Assembly (NCBI GenBank): GCA_022841645.1
Contig: JALHRC010000003.1
Span: 6,553 to 70,552 of the forward strand
Reading direction: 5' to 3'
Source of the DNA: Minisyncoccota bacterium
GTDB lineage: Bacteria; Patescibacteriota; Minisyncoccia; Phycocordibacterales; UBA918
DNA: 64,000 nt
The notes beneath the pieces were generated by a model. It did no database searches, was not told where the DNA came from, and saw only the letters and a program-made list of their open reading frames with translations. Shown piece by piece: positions 49,159-58,584 of the stretch. The position numbers were made by a program, and so were the translations under genes. The number at the start of each line of letters is the position of its first letter. The first letter of the stretch is position 1.

Positions 49159-49281
49159 GCACACTCGCTATGACGGCGAAGTCGACAGCCCTGGCGTGCC
49201 TGCACGCCAGGGCTGAAGTTTTACTAGTTTGTCCGCAATGCACCGCCCTGCTCTGCCGGAGCGTGAGCAGGGCGGATGTTT

Positions 49282-49656
49282 TTACGAGGTGTACAGGCTC
49301 TCGCGCACTTTCTTTACAATTTCGTCGAGGCTGTTGTGAGCTTTGATGATGTAACTCGTTATGTCACCGTCGTAGGCGCCGGCAATATTGCCAGCGTCGT
49401 CCATCGCACTTAAAACTACGACGCGGGCCTGCTTTCCCCACGGATCCTGGCGAAGTTTTTCTAGCACAGTATGGCCATCGTATCCGGGCATAATGAGATC
49501 AAGTAAAATGATGTCAGGATGTTCTTGGAGCGCCTGTGCGAGTCCATCCATCCCATTGGTGGCCGTACCGACTTTAAAACCAGCGTCAGTGAGTGCTTCT
49601 GCCACTGCTTCGCGGATGTCTTTTTCGTCCTCGATAAGTAGGACTGTTTTTTCCAT
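49282..49656 (-). CDS. Single-domain response regulator
   Basis: Motifs LLIEDE, PDIILLDLIMP, VLSA, YIIK. Confidence 0.92.
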   Translation of the reverse strand: MEKTVLLIEDEKDIREAVAEALTDAGFKVGTATNGMDGLAQALQEHPDIILLDLIMPGYDGHTVLEKLRQDPWGKQARVVVLSAMDDAGNIAGAYDGDITSYIIKAHNSLDEIVKKVRESLYTS

Positions 49657-49725
49657 ATACCACAATTTTACCACATTCCTATCATCGCCACCCTGGTCGT
49701 GACTACAAGCTGGTACTATAGAGAT

Positions 49726-50985
49726 ATGAAAACAGCCACGCGGATTAGGGCATGGAATCGGGTGAGTTATCTCTTCCTCGCGCTTTTTCTTTCTCTGGCG
49801 ATAGGATTAGTGTTCTTTCACACTGATTTAGAACTCAACCAACTACAGCGCATTGGAGGGGGTGTGATAGCAATTATACTCATGCTGGGATGGGTGTTGG
49901 TACAGCGGAAGCGCGATCGTTGGCTGACTGCCACGCTGGAGCGCATCCAACTTTCTGATGAAGAGTCATTTTACTTGCTTTTCAGTAACAGCCCAGTAGC
50001 ACATATTATTCTTGATCGATCTGGCAAGATTGCTAATTTTAATCCAGCGACAGCCCAGCTCTTAAAGACGAAACTACATGCACTCAGTGGTCGTTCGTTC
50101 GTGACACTGTGCGCTCCTGAATTTGATACGTCTATCTTAGCTCAAAAACTACGCGCTGGAATCACTATTAATGAACTGGAGCTTCCTCTGATCACTGATG
50201 AAGGGATGCTCGTGTGGACACTCTTGTCGGTGAGTTCATTGTTGTGGGAAGAAAAGCTGTTAATTACGATGGTTGATATTACCGATCAGAAAAAAGTAGA
50301 CACTGCCAAGTCAGAATTTGTGGCGCTTGCCACCCACCAGTTGCGTACCCCAATTGCCGCTATCCGCTACGCGACCGAGCTGCTGGGCCGACGGCTCGCC
50401 GATGGAGCAACTGAACGGAATGCTGCGTACATTGATAAGATCGACCGCAATGTGGTGCGTATGCTCTCACTCATTGACGACTTTCTCAATGTTTCAAAAC
50501 TTGAAATGGGTACCTTTGCCACCGAGCCAAGCCGTCTTAACATGAGTGAATTTGTGACGGGTGTACTCGATGAACTTGGTGATCGTATGCTAAAGCAGCG
50601 TATCACTGCAACTCGAAGTGATACGCCAACTGATCTTTGGTTTATCACCGACCCACGTCTCCTTAACATTATTCTCACTAATCTCATTTCCAACGCGGTT
50701 AAATACACTCCCGAAGGCGGCAAGATCCACGTAGCGTTCACTGGTACCAGCTCTTCGTTGCGATTTGAAATCAGTGATTCAGGTATCGGTATTCCGGCCG
50801 CCGAAATTCCCCAGCTGTTTAGTAAATTCTTTAGGGCAAGTAACGCTCGAACGATTCAGACCGAAGGAACTGGCCTGGGGCTATACATTGTGGCGCAGGC
50901 CTTACAAAAGTTAGGTGGCACGATTGAGGTTGACTCGCGTGTTGGTGAGGGGACCAGTTTTGTGGTCACCATTGCGTCTTTGTGA
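49726..50985 (+). CDS. PAS-domain sensor histidine kinase
   Basis: Two TMs, PAS domain, THQLRTP H-box, NLISNAVKY, DSGIGI, GTGLGL. Confidence 0.93.
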   Translation: MKTATRIRAWNRVSYLFLALFLSLAIGLVFFHTDLELNQLQRIGGGVIAIILMLGWVLVQRKRDRWLTATLERIQLSDEESFYLLFSNSPVAHIILDRSGKIANFNPATAQLLKTKLHALSGRSFVTLCAPEFDTSILAQKLRAGITINELELPLITDEGMLVWTLLSVSSLLWEEKLLITMVDITDQKKVDTAKSEFVALATHQLRTPIAAIRYATELLGRRLADGATERNAAYIDKIDRNVVRMLSLIDDFLNVSKLEMGTFATEPSRLNMSEFVTGVLDELGDRMLKQRITATRSDTPTDLWFITDPRLLNIILTNLISNAVKYTPEGGKIHVAFTGTSSSLRFEISDSGIGIPAAEIPQLFSKFFRASNARTIQTEGTGLGLYIVAQALQKLGGTIEVDSRVGEGTSFVVTIASL

Positions 50986-51043
50986 GTCGAGTAAGTGGAA
51001 TAGGGGCGTTCATACCAGTGTCGCAAGCCAGCCTGGTTATGTG

Positions 51044-51335
51044 TGTGGTCACGAGTTACTAATTCGCTACGCTCATAAGTACTCTCGACCCCGGCTCGGC
51101 CGTTTTAGCTTTAGGAAAAAGCTGAAAACATGCCTGCGGCCGTCACCGCGACACGTCAGCGACATTAGTCGCTCTTGTGGTCACCAGTCACTAAGCGTAT
51201 TTGTTCACTACGTTCCAAATCCGCTAAGTGCTGTCGACCCCGCCTCGCGGTTTCCGCCGCTTTGACGGCGACGGAAACATCGCTGCGGCCGTCACACGAG
51301 CCGAAACTGAAAGCTTTCAGTTTCTAAAACGAAAC
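51044..51335 (-). mobile_element. Two tandem structured mini-elements behind tRNA-Glu
   Basis: Two related units GTGGTCAC...CGACCC...CTGCGGCCGTCAC; inverted tRNA-end copy split by a 25-nt hairpin (51301-51325); mobility is inferred. Confidence 0.68.
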
Positions 51336-51376
51336 AGCCTTCTTTGGATGAAGAAGGCGGTTTCGTTTTTGTCGTG

Positions 51377-51448
51377 TGACCCCACCGGGAGTCGAACCCG
51401 GCTTTAAAGCTTGAAAAGCTTTCGTCCTAACCGATAGACGATGGGGCC
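51377..51448 (-). tRNA. tRNA-Glu(TTC)
   Basis: GGCCCCA...AAAGC-TTTTCAA-GCTTT...CCGGG-TTCGACT-CCCGG-TGGGGTCA. Confidence 0.95.
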
Positions 51449-51587
51449 AAATTGGTGCGCCTCATGATACCAAAAAGGTAATAAAAAGCTAGTGGTAGCA
51501 GGGCTGAGGTGGCGTTCGATGCGGTACCCGATGTACGAATATATGCGGTATAATCAGCGACAATTATTCTCTGAATATACTAAGTCT

Positions 51588-53513
51588 ATGAGCAAAACCA
51601 CCCACCGCATTCTGGAAGAAATTGCCGAAGAAAGGGGAGAGCTGCGAGAGCGGGCGCTGCTGACTATCCTTACGGGTATCGGCCTAGTAACCGGGGTTTT
51701 GGGCCAGTGGCTTGATTGGCCTACGTCGGTCGTGGTGGTGGCATTCGTCGCGGCTTATTTGGGGGGTGGTATACCAGCTGCTCGAGAAGCAATTTCCTCC
51801 TTGTTTAAAGGTCATCTCAACATTGACCTCCTCATGGTACTGGCGGCACTGGCCGCTGCTGGGGTAGGTGAGGTGCGTGATGGAGCGATTCTACTCTTTC
51901 TCTTTAGCCTCGCGGGTACCTTAGAAAAATACGCTATGGGTAATACCAAGCGGTCAGTAGCTGCCCTCATGGACTTGCGGCCCGACGAAGCTAACAGAAA
52001 GTTGTCTGACGGGACCACCGAGCGCGTGCGGGTGGAGGAACTGCAGGTGGGTGATGATATCCTGGTTCGACCTGGTGAACGGATTCCAATTGATGGCGTG
52101 ATTGTCGCCGGCGCAGGTGCCGTTGATCAGTCAACAATCACCGGTGAATCTGTGCCTCTCGATAAGGGGATAAACGACAAGGTATTTGCTGGGTCAATGA
52201 ATCAGAACGCTTTATTGACGATTTCTGTTACCGCGACAGCTGCACATTCCACTCTCGCGCGGATGATCGATTTGGTGACTGAGGCACAGGAAAAGCGGTC
52301 ACCTAGTGAAAGTTTTAGTGACTGGTTTGGTGAGCGTTATACGGTGGTGGTACTCGTGGGTAGTGTGATCGCACTCGGCGTTTTTCTCCTTGTTGGTATA
52401 CCGACTGATTTAGCTTTTTATAAAGCCGCGACGTTGCTTGTGGTGGCAAGTCCCTGTGCAATTGTGATCAGTGTGCCGGCGGCGGTACTGTCGGCACTAG
52501 CATCTGCCGCGCGACATGGTGTTTTGTTTAAAGGTGGTGCAGCACTCGAGAACTTTGGTAACGTATCGGTGCTGGCGCTTGATAAGACCGGCACTCTTAC
52601 CACGGGTGCTATGGAAGTGGTCAGGGTAATAGCATTTTCTGAATCTGAAGAGAGTGTCCTGGCGCTCGCTGCCTCGCTTGAGACGCACTCTGATCACCCC
52701 CTGGCACGCAGTATCGTGCGTTATGCACAAAGTAATGGGGTGCGTAGTTTAGAAGCTGAAGGAGCGGCAGCGGTTCCCGGGAAAGGGGTGCTTGCCCAGG
52801 TGCACGGTCAGATAGCTTGGGCAGGTAATCGAGCCCTTCTTAAAGAACGGGGTGTGACGTTATCATCAGAGCAAGACGCACAGATAGCGGCGCGCGAAGT
52901 TGAAGGTGAGACACCGATAGTGATCGGTAGTGGCAGCACCCTGTGGGGTGTGGTAACACTCGCTGATACACCGCGTGCTACGGCACAGGCGGCGCTTCAT
53001 GGGCTGCGACAATCAGGGGTAAAAAGTATCGTCATGCTCACTGGTGATAGTGTGGCGGTAGCTCAAACGATCGGACGTCGGCTTGGCTTTTCTCCCGAGA
53101 CAATCTATGGAGGACTGCTTCCCGAAGATAAGGTGGTGCAGATAGAACAACTAGCCGGCAAGGGCCTGGTAGCGTTTGTTGGTGATGGGGTGAACGATGC
53201 AGCAGCGCTGGCGACGGCGCGGGTAGGGGTGGCGATGGGTGTAGCAGGTACCGACGCAGCACTTGAGGCAGCTGATGTAGCACTTCTATCTGACGACTTG
53301 CGACAGCTCACCTACGCCCATACCTTAGCCAAGAAGGCGAATCGCATCATCAAGCAAAACCTGATCTTTGCTTGCGGCATTATGGCTCTTATGGTGGTAA
53401 CGACGCTCTTCTTCCACTTACCGCTGCCACTTGGCGTTATTGGCCACGAAGGAGGAACGCTTCTTGTGGTAGCGAATGGTTTACGACTCCTTCTGAGTCG
53501 TTCAGAGAAGTAG
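51588..53513 (+). CDS. Heavy-metal P-type ATPase, P1B-4 type
   Basis: Motifs TGES, SPC, DKTGT, GDGVND, HEGGT. Confidence 0.93.
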   Translation: MSKTTHRILEEIAEERGELRERALLTILTGIGLVTGVLGQWLDWPTSVVVVAFVAAYLGGGIPAAREAISSLFKGHLNIDLLMVLAALAAAGVGEVRDGAILLFLFSLAGTLEKYAMGNTKRSVAALMDLRPDEANRKLSDGTTERVRVEELQVGDDILVRPGERIPIDGVIVAGAGAVDQSTITGESVPLDKGINDKVFAGSMNQNALLTISVTATAAHSTLARMIDLVTEAQEKRSPSESFSDWFGERYTVVVLVGSVIALGVFLLVGIPTDLAFYKAATLLVVASPCAIVISVPAAVLSALASAARHGVLFKGGAALENFGNVSVLALDKTGTLTTGAMEVVRVIAFSESEESVLALAASLETHSDHPLARSIVRYAQSNGVRSLEAEGAAAVPGKGVLAQVHGQIAWAGNRALLKERGVTLSSEQDAQIAAREVEGETPIVIGSGSTLWGVVTLADTPRATAQAALHGLRQSGVKSIVMLTGDSVAVAQTIGRRLGFSPETIYGGLLPEDKVVQIEQLAGKGLVAFVGDGVNDAAALATARVGVAMGVAGTDAALEAADVALLSDDLRQLTYAHTLAKKANRIIKQNLIFACGIMALMVVTTLFFHLPLPLGVIGHEGGTLLVVANGLRLLLSRSEK

Positions 53514-53741
53514 TGCGCGTGCAAGTACCAATCTACAGGCTTTCCCACGGCCTTCTACAGTGGTATTCCACCGACTTTTCCACCGGTTATACCCAGTCTA
53601 CGGTAAAATAACGGTCTTTAGGGGCGATTGACTGTAGAGGTGGGTATGCGACTATACACACAGGTTTGCACGGTGGTGAGTATTACATACTTAATGTCCG
53701 AGGCTACGGGCAACGCGTGCAGACCTACATCTCTACGTTGT

Positions 53742-53781
53742 ACAAAACAAAGCACCCTCGTCGCGGGGGTGTTTTGTTTTG
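53742..53781. terminator. Bidirectional terminator
   Basis: A-rich arm, GCACCCTCG-t-CGCGGGGGTGT stem, T-rich arm, between convergent genes. Confidence 0.65.
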
Positions 53782-53808
53782 CTCAAATTTTTCTTCTGAG
53801 GAAGGTGA

Positions 53809-54729
53809 CTATTTGGTGCGGAGCGTGACGTAGATGTCCTCGAGCGCCCGCACACCGTCGCCAGCAGAAATATTGTTCTGGTGGTACTTCACGTTGGTAC
53901 AATCACCGGCGGCCCAGATGCCTGGGGTAGTGGTCTTCTGCGTCCAGGGGTCAATTTCGATGCGGCCATAGGTGTCGAGTGCGACTACATTTTTGGCAAA
54001 GTCGGTGTTGGGGAGCATGCCGATCTCGATAAAGATTCCCGTGACGGGTAGTTCGACAATTTCACCAGTCTGGTTGCGGTAGCGGAGGCCACTCACAAAC
54101 TTCTCACCAAATACTTCGGTAGTATTGGCCTCGGTAATCCCGCGCATGTTGGGGTGGGCTAGTACCTTTGCAACCGTCACCGGATCAGCCTTAAACGTTG
54201 GGCCATGCTGAAGGAGGGTGACACTCTTGGTGTACGCCAGGAGCTGGGCGGCTGTTTCAAAACCAGCGTTACCGCCACCAATTACCGCAACATCTTGTCC
54301 GGCAAATAGCGGACCATCGCAGGAGGCGCAGTACGTGAGGCCTTTATGTTCAAAGATGTCAGCTCCGCTAGCGGAAAGCTGGCGGCGTCGGCTGCCACTG
54401 GCTATCAGGATGGATAGGGTGTCGTGAGTGGTACCATTTTCTAGCGTCACACGAAAGCCACCGTCATTTTTTTCAATATTGGTAGCGAGGGCTTTATCAC
54501 TGATGTCGACAAAGCCGTCGGCGTAGGTATGCAAGTGGGCTTTTAGGGTATCCGCCAAGGCAGCGCCAGAAAGAGAAGGCGTGCCAATCCAGTTTTGAAT
54601 GTCAGGTGAAACTGTGCTCTGCCCACCCCACTCTTTAGTAATAAAGAGAGTTTTCAGTTGCTTTCGTGAGGCGTAGACACCAGCGGCTATGCCTGCCGGC
54701 CCGCCACCAATAATGATGAGTTCGTACAT
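53809..54729 (-). CDS. trxB: Thioredoxin reductase (TrxB/AhpF C-terminal-like)
   Basis: Motifs IIGGGPAG, YCASCDG, VIGGGNAG, WAAGDC. Confidence 0.88.
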   Translation of the reverse strand: MYELIIIGGGPAGIAAGVYASRKQLKTLFITKEWGGQSTVSPDIQNWIGTPSLSGAALADTLKAHLHTYADGFVDISDKALATNIEKNDGGFRVTLENGTTHDTLSILIASGSRRRQLSASGADIFEHKGLTYCASCDGPLFAGQDVAVIGGGNAGFETAAQLLAYTKSVTLLQHGPTFKADPVTVAKVLAHPNMRGITEANTTEVFGEKFVSGLRYRNQTGEIVELPVTGIFIEIGMLPNTDFAKNVVALDTYGRIEIDPWTQKTTTPGIWAAGDCTNVKYHQNNISAGDGVRALEDIYVTLRTK

Positions 54730-54790
54730 AAGTAATCAGTGAAAATGAAGTGCACACCAGCATAGCATGATGAGGAAGCGGTGGCACGGG

Positions 54791-54828
54791 GAAACCCGGC
54801 CGGTCCCTTTAGGGACCGGCCGGGTTTC
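54791..54828. terminator. GC-rich hairpin downstream of the ftsZ region
   Basis: GAAACCCGGCCGGTCCC-ttta-GGGACCGGCCGGGTTTC. Confidence 0.6.
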
Positions 54829-54855
54829 GTACGTGTGGTGCGTGGTTTAAGAGTT

Positions 54856-55151
54856 GGCACCGGTCACAAGTCACTAACTATAATTGGCCGCTACGCTCCA
54901 ATTCTAGTAAGTGCTCGCGACCCGTGAAAAGCAATATTGAATTGCTTTTCACCGCGGCCCGTTTGTCCCCAAAGACAAACGGGCAACGCTGCGGCCGGCA
55001 GTGCCTGCTATTTCAGCTTGCTTCGCCGCAGAAATGCAGGTACTGCCTCTTACAGAGGCAGTCCACTCATTGGTCTTTTTGCTTCGTGGGAAGCTTGCAA
55101 AAATACTCAATGAGTCCGCCGTGCCCTCGCTGCGTCGCTCACTGCGCTCAA
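54856..55151 (-). mobile_element. Stacked structured elements behind ftsZ, including a synonymously recoded copy of the ftsZ 3' end
   Basis: 55008-55046 encodes [12 protein letters not shown]; core 54862-54996 homologous to the tRNA-Glu units; mobility is inferred. Confidence 0.72.
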
Positions 55152-56423
55152 TTACTTGAGCTTGGATCGACGCAGGAAAGCGGGCACGGCGCCCCAGTCG
55201 TCATCGCTATCTTCGTCGATTGGGTCAACTGGCTTCGGGTCGCGCTTTGGCAAGTCTGCCGGGCGCGGTGTCGGTGCTGCAATGGGCGTCTCGTTCACTA
55301 CCGGCTCTGGCTCACGGCGGGGCATTGATAGTGAATTAAAAATCTTGCCGCGGGACTCAACGCGTTCATCGCGGTCTTCAAAATCATCGTGGCGCTGACC
55401 GATTATGGGCGTTGGGGCTGGTGTAGCCATTGGAGCACGGCGCGCAATCGGATGGCTGACCATCGTCTCCTCCGGGAAGCCGGTTGCAATCACGGTCACT
55501 TTGATTTCGTTCTTCTTCAATTTATCATCGCGGATAGCACCGAATATCACCTTGGCATGGGGATCGATCGATTCAGTAATGACCCGCGCTGCGTCTTGTA
55601 CTTCCAGCATACCGAGGTCGTCGCCACCAGCAATCGCAAAGAGCACTCCCTTGGCTCCTGTGATCGATACTTCAAGGAGAGGTGAATTAATAGCCATCCG
55701 AGCAGCTTCTTCGGCGCGCTTTTCGCCGGAAGAGACACCCACGCCCATGAGCGCTGAGCCGGCGTTTTCCATCACGCTACGGATGTCAGCAAAGTCGACG
55801 TTAATGATACCTGGCATGGTGATGAGGTCAGAGATACCTTCGACGGCTTGCTTCAAAACATTGTCGCACTGTTCAAAGGCGCTGCGCACAGTGGTTTCCT
55901 TATCGACAATCGCGAGGAGGCGATCATTGGGGATGGTGATGAGTGCGTCTACTTCTTTCTTAAGCTCCTCGATGCCTTGGAGTGCTAGGCGCATACGTTC
56001 TTGACCCTCAAAGAGAAACGGCTTAGTGACCACGCCGACGGTGAGAGCACCACTTTCACGAGCGATCTTGGCGATCACCGGTGCAGCACCAGTACCGGTA
56101 CCGCCCCCCATACCGCCCGTGATGAAGATCATGTCCGAGCCTTTGATGGCGTTTGCGATCTCTTCCCTGGTTTCTTCGGCAGCGCGGCGACCCATGTCGG
56201 GGTTGCCACCAGCACCAAGACCACGGGTCAGGTTTTTACCGATGTGGATTTTTTTCTTGGCAAGTGAGTTATGAAGATCTTGTGCGTCACTGTTGACCGC
56301 AATGAACTCCACACCCTTCACCTTCGCCCCGACCATGTAGTTGACGGCATTGCCACCAGATCCACCAGCACCGACAACGCGGATGCGCGCGAACGATTCA
56401 ACGTCAGACCGTATCTGTTCCAT
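55152..56423 (-). CDS. ftsZ: Cell division protein FtsZ
   Basis: Motifs [18 protein letters not shown]-terminal VPAFLRR. Confidence 0.98.
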   Translation of the reverse strand: MEQIRSDVESFARIRVVGAGGSGGNAVNYMVGAKVKGVEFIAVNSDAQDLHNSLAKKKIHIGKNLTRGLGAGGNPDMGRRAAEETREEIANAIKGSDMIFITGGMGGGTGTGAAPVIAKIARESGALTVGVVTKPFLFEGQERMRLALQGIEELKKEVDALITIPNDRLLAIVDKETTVRSAFEQCDNVLKQAVEGISDLITMPGIINVDFADIRSVMENAGSALMGVGVSSGEKRAEEAARMAINSPLLEVSITGAKGVLFAIAGGDDLGMLEVQDAARVITESIDPHAKVIFGAIRDDKLKKNEIKVTVIATGFPEETMVSHPIARRAPMATPAPTPIIGQRHDDFEDRDERVESRGKIFNSLSMPRREPEPVVNETPIAAPTPRPADLPKRDPKPVDPIDEDSDDDWGAVPAFLRRSKLK

Positions 56424-56571
56424 ATAATGTGTGTATAACTAGTTACGCCTCACCCCGCACCCCCACCAAGGAATGCGAAACAGCAGGTAGCACTATCATA
56501 GCGCGTAGCGCTGTGCCTGTCACCATATTGACTTTATTGCTTATCGTGTGTTTGACAGTACTCAACTATTG

Positions 56572-57744
56572 TTATGGTAAAAATTGTTGCAGCCACGACC
56601 AAAGTCCACGCTTGGTTTGCTTCACGACGCCGATGGCACTCGACTCTTCACGGTCGGCTGCTCCCCACATGCAAAGTCCATACGCAACTGCCCAGGCTGA
56701 GTCTTTGATCTTAGTGTGCTTATTGCCGAGCTCAAGCGTGGCAGTACGAGCGGGAAGTAGCAGCACTCGCTTGGCAACATCGGTGATGCGCGGCACACCT
56801 GAGCCACCGCCGGTTAAGATGGCACCAGCTGGTAAAAGTCCATCCCGCTTAATTTTTTTAAGGTGAGCGTCGATGAGGGTAAAGAGGGTAGCGAGGCGAC
56901 CGTCGATGATGTCGTCGAGATGCTTCTTGGTGTACGAGACTGATGTCATACCGCCGCACTTAATTTTCTCAGCCTCCTCGAGGGGGATCTTGAGCCCAAG
57001 TGCGATGTCGTTGGTGAGATCAGCCGAACCCATGGGAAAGATCTTGAGTGAAATTGGCGTGGAGTCTTCAAACACTACCATGGATGTAGTTTCGGCACCG
57101 ATATTTATAAGTATGCACCCCGCGCGCTTTTGGGCTTTGGCGAGCATCACAAAACTGGCCGCTAATGGGGAAGCGATCACGTCTTCCACGAATACCCCAG
57201 CGGCTTCAACTGCACTCACGAGATCGCTGACGTGTTGCTCGTACGTAGTAATAAAGAGCGTGTCCACTTCAAGCTTGGTGCCGCGCAAACCTTGTGGCCG
57301 ACCTAATACCTCAGCGCCGTCGACAGTGTAGTGTAAGGGGATGCTGTGTAGGACGGCGCGGTTCGGAATACGATCAGCGATGCGCTCTTCACTGTCGGTG
57401 GTGGCTTTTTCAACGTCACTGTCGGTGATCTCGGAGTCGGCCCGTGCGGGGATAACTTCGCCCCTTGAGTAGAGTTCATCGAGTCCAATTGAACCAAGTG
57501 CTACGTGCGCTCGCTTGACCGTCACTCCCGCTTGCTTCTCGGCCTGCGTGAGGGCACTCTTCACGCTCCGCGCCACATCGGCGGTTTGGAGGATGTAACC
57601 GCTCTTAAGACCGCGACTCTCCGCATAGCCGGTGCCGATGATTTCGGGCACCGCCCGTTCCCTGGCCCCCTTTTGTACACGGGCAATTGCCACCTTCACG
57701 TGGTAGGTGCCAATATCAATGCCGGTGATGAGGTGGTCTTTCAT
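56572..57744 (-). CDS. ftsA: Cell division protein FtsA
   Basis: Motifs GIDIGTYHVK, INIGAETT, LTNDIA, LTGGGS; upstream of ftsZ. Confidence 0.93.
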   Translation of the reverse strand: MKDHLITGIDIGTYHVKVAIARVQKGARERAVPEIIGTGYAESRGLKSGYILQTADVARSVKSALTQAEKQAGVTVKRAHVALGSIGLDELYSRGEVIPARADSEITDSDVEKATTDSEERIADRIPNRAVLHSIPLHYTVDGAEVLGRPQGLRGTKLEVDTLFITTYEQHVSDLVSAVEAAGVFVEDVIASPLAASFVMLAKAQKRAGCILINIGAETTSMVVFEDSTPISLKIFPMGSADLTNDIALGLKIPLEEAEKIKCGGMTSVSYTKKHLDDIIDGRLATLFTLIDAHLKKIKRDGLLPAGAILTGGGSGVPRITDVAKRVLLLPARTATLELGNKHTKIKDSAWAVAYGLCMWGAADREESSAIGVVKQTKRGLWSWLQQFLP

Positions 57745-58148
57745 GATGTACTGGCCTCCACATGCGCCGAATACTTCCGCCGGTAGCGCTGTTCGAGTGA
57801 CTCCATTGTAGCCCCGTGGTCGTAACCCTTCAAATGTAAGAGTGCGTGGATAAATAAAAAGAGCACATGTTCGGCATAGGAGTGCTGGTAGCGTGGCGCT
57901 TCGCGCTTGGCGACGGTGGTGCAGATATATATTTCACCCGCCTCCTTTCCGAGGGGAAAGGAGAGAACGTTGGGGACGTACTCTTTGTGGCGGTAGGTTT
58001 GGTTGAGGCGGCGGGCCCTAGCTTCTCCAATGAAGGTGAGTGTGAGTTCGTAGCGTGCACCAAGGATGCCCTGCGCAATCATGGCGTAGGGGAGAGCGGG
58101 ATACTCAGCAACAGTAGCCGCGGTGGTGACACGGGTAGCGGTCGTCAT
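57741..58148 (-). CDS. ybeY: rRNA maturation RNase YbeY
   Basis: Motifs LNQTYR..NVLSF, GEIYI, HALLHLKGYDH. Confidence 0.93.
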   Translation of the reverse strand: MTTATRVTTAATVAEYPALPYAMIAQGILGARYELTLTFIGEARARRLNQTYRHKEYVPNVLSFPLGKEAGEIYICTTVAKREAPRYQHSYAEHVLFLFIHALLHLKGYDHGATMESLEQRYRRKYSAHVEASTS

Positions 58149-58229
58149 AAAGCTCAGTATGACACGGAAGCAGACAACGCAACAGCGCGCCGTATGTGTA
58201 CGGCGCGCTGTGTTCTGCAGAATTTATTT

Positions 58230-58484
58230 TTATGAGCGGCGGCCTGGCCGTGTCGGTGTCTCAGAGATTTTACCGAGCTTTAGAAGTTTTTCATAAGTTA
58301 CTTTCTTGACCAACTTCTTGAGACGGGCAGTGCGCTGGACGTTACGACTCTTGACACGACTGTGGTAGCGGCCCTTGCGGACGCGCGGAATAATGCCAGC
58401 TCCCTGGACGCGCTTTTGAAAGCGACGGATAACGTTGGCGCTACTTTCGTTGGTGTGTTTATCGACTTGGACATTGGTTGCCAT
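58230..58484 (-). CDS. rpsU: 30S ribosomal protein bS21 (CPR-type)
   Basis: NESSANVIRRFQKRVQGAG..RY..KS; basic 84-aa protein. Confidence 0.75.
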   Translation of the reverse strand: MATNVQVDKHTNESSANVIRRFQKRVQGAGIIPRVRKGRYHSRVKSRNVQRTARLKKLVKKVTYEKLLKLGKISETPTRPGRRS

Positions 58485-58584
58485 AGTGGCCACGAGAATA
58501 CCATGGGAGGCGCGTGAGCGCAACCGTCTTAGTAGTGTGAAAATATGGGGGCCGGCGATGAAGTCGCCGGCCCCCCCACATCTC

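Noticed and set aside
51044-51335. CRISPR array
   Set aside because: Only two diverged units over 100 nt, no constant repeat/spacer period and no cas genes.
53535-53662. oriC from DnaA-box-like words (TTTTCCACC, TTATACCCA, CTATACACA); similar words near 29574-29650
   Set aside because: All are degenerate, with no perfect TTATCCACA, no clear unwinding element and no dnaA nearby.
54924-55328. 134-aa plus-strand ORF behind ftsZ as the element's mobilising protein
   Set aside because: It runs through hairpins and antisense into ftsZ, with no recognisable motif.
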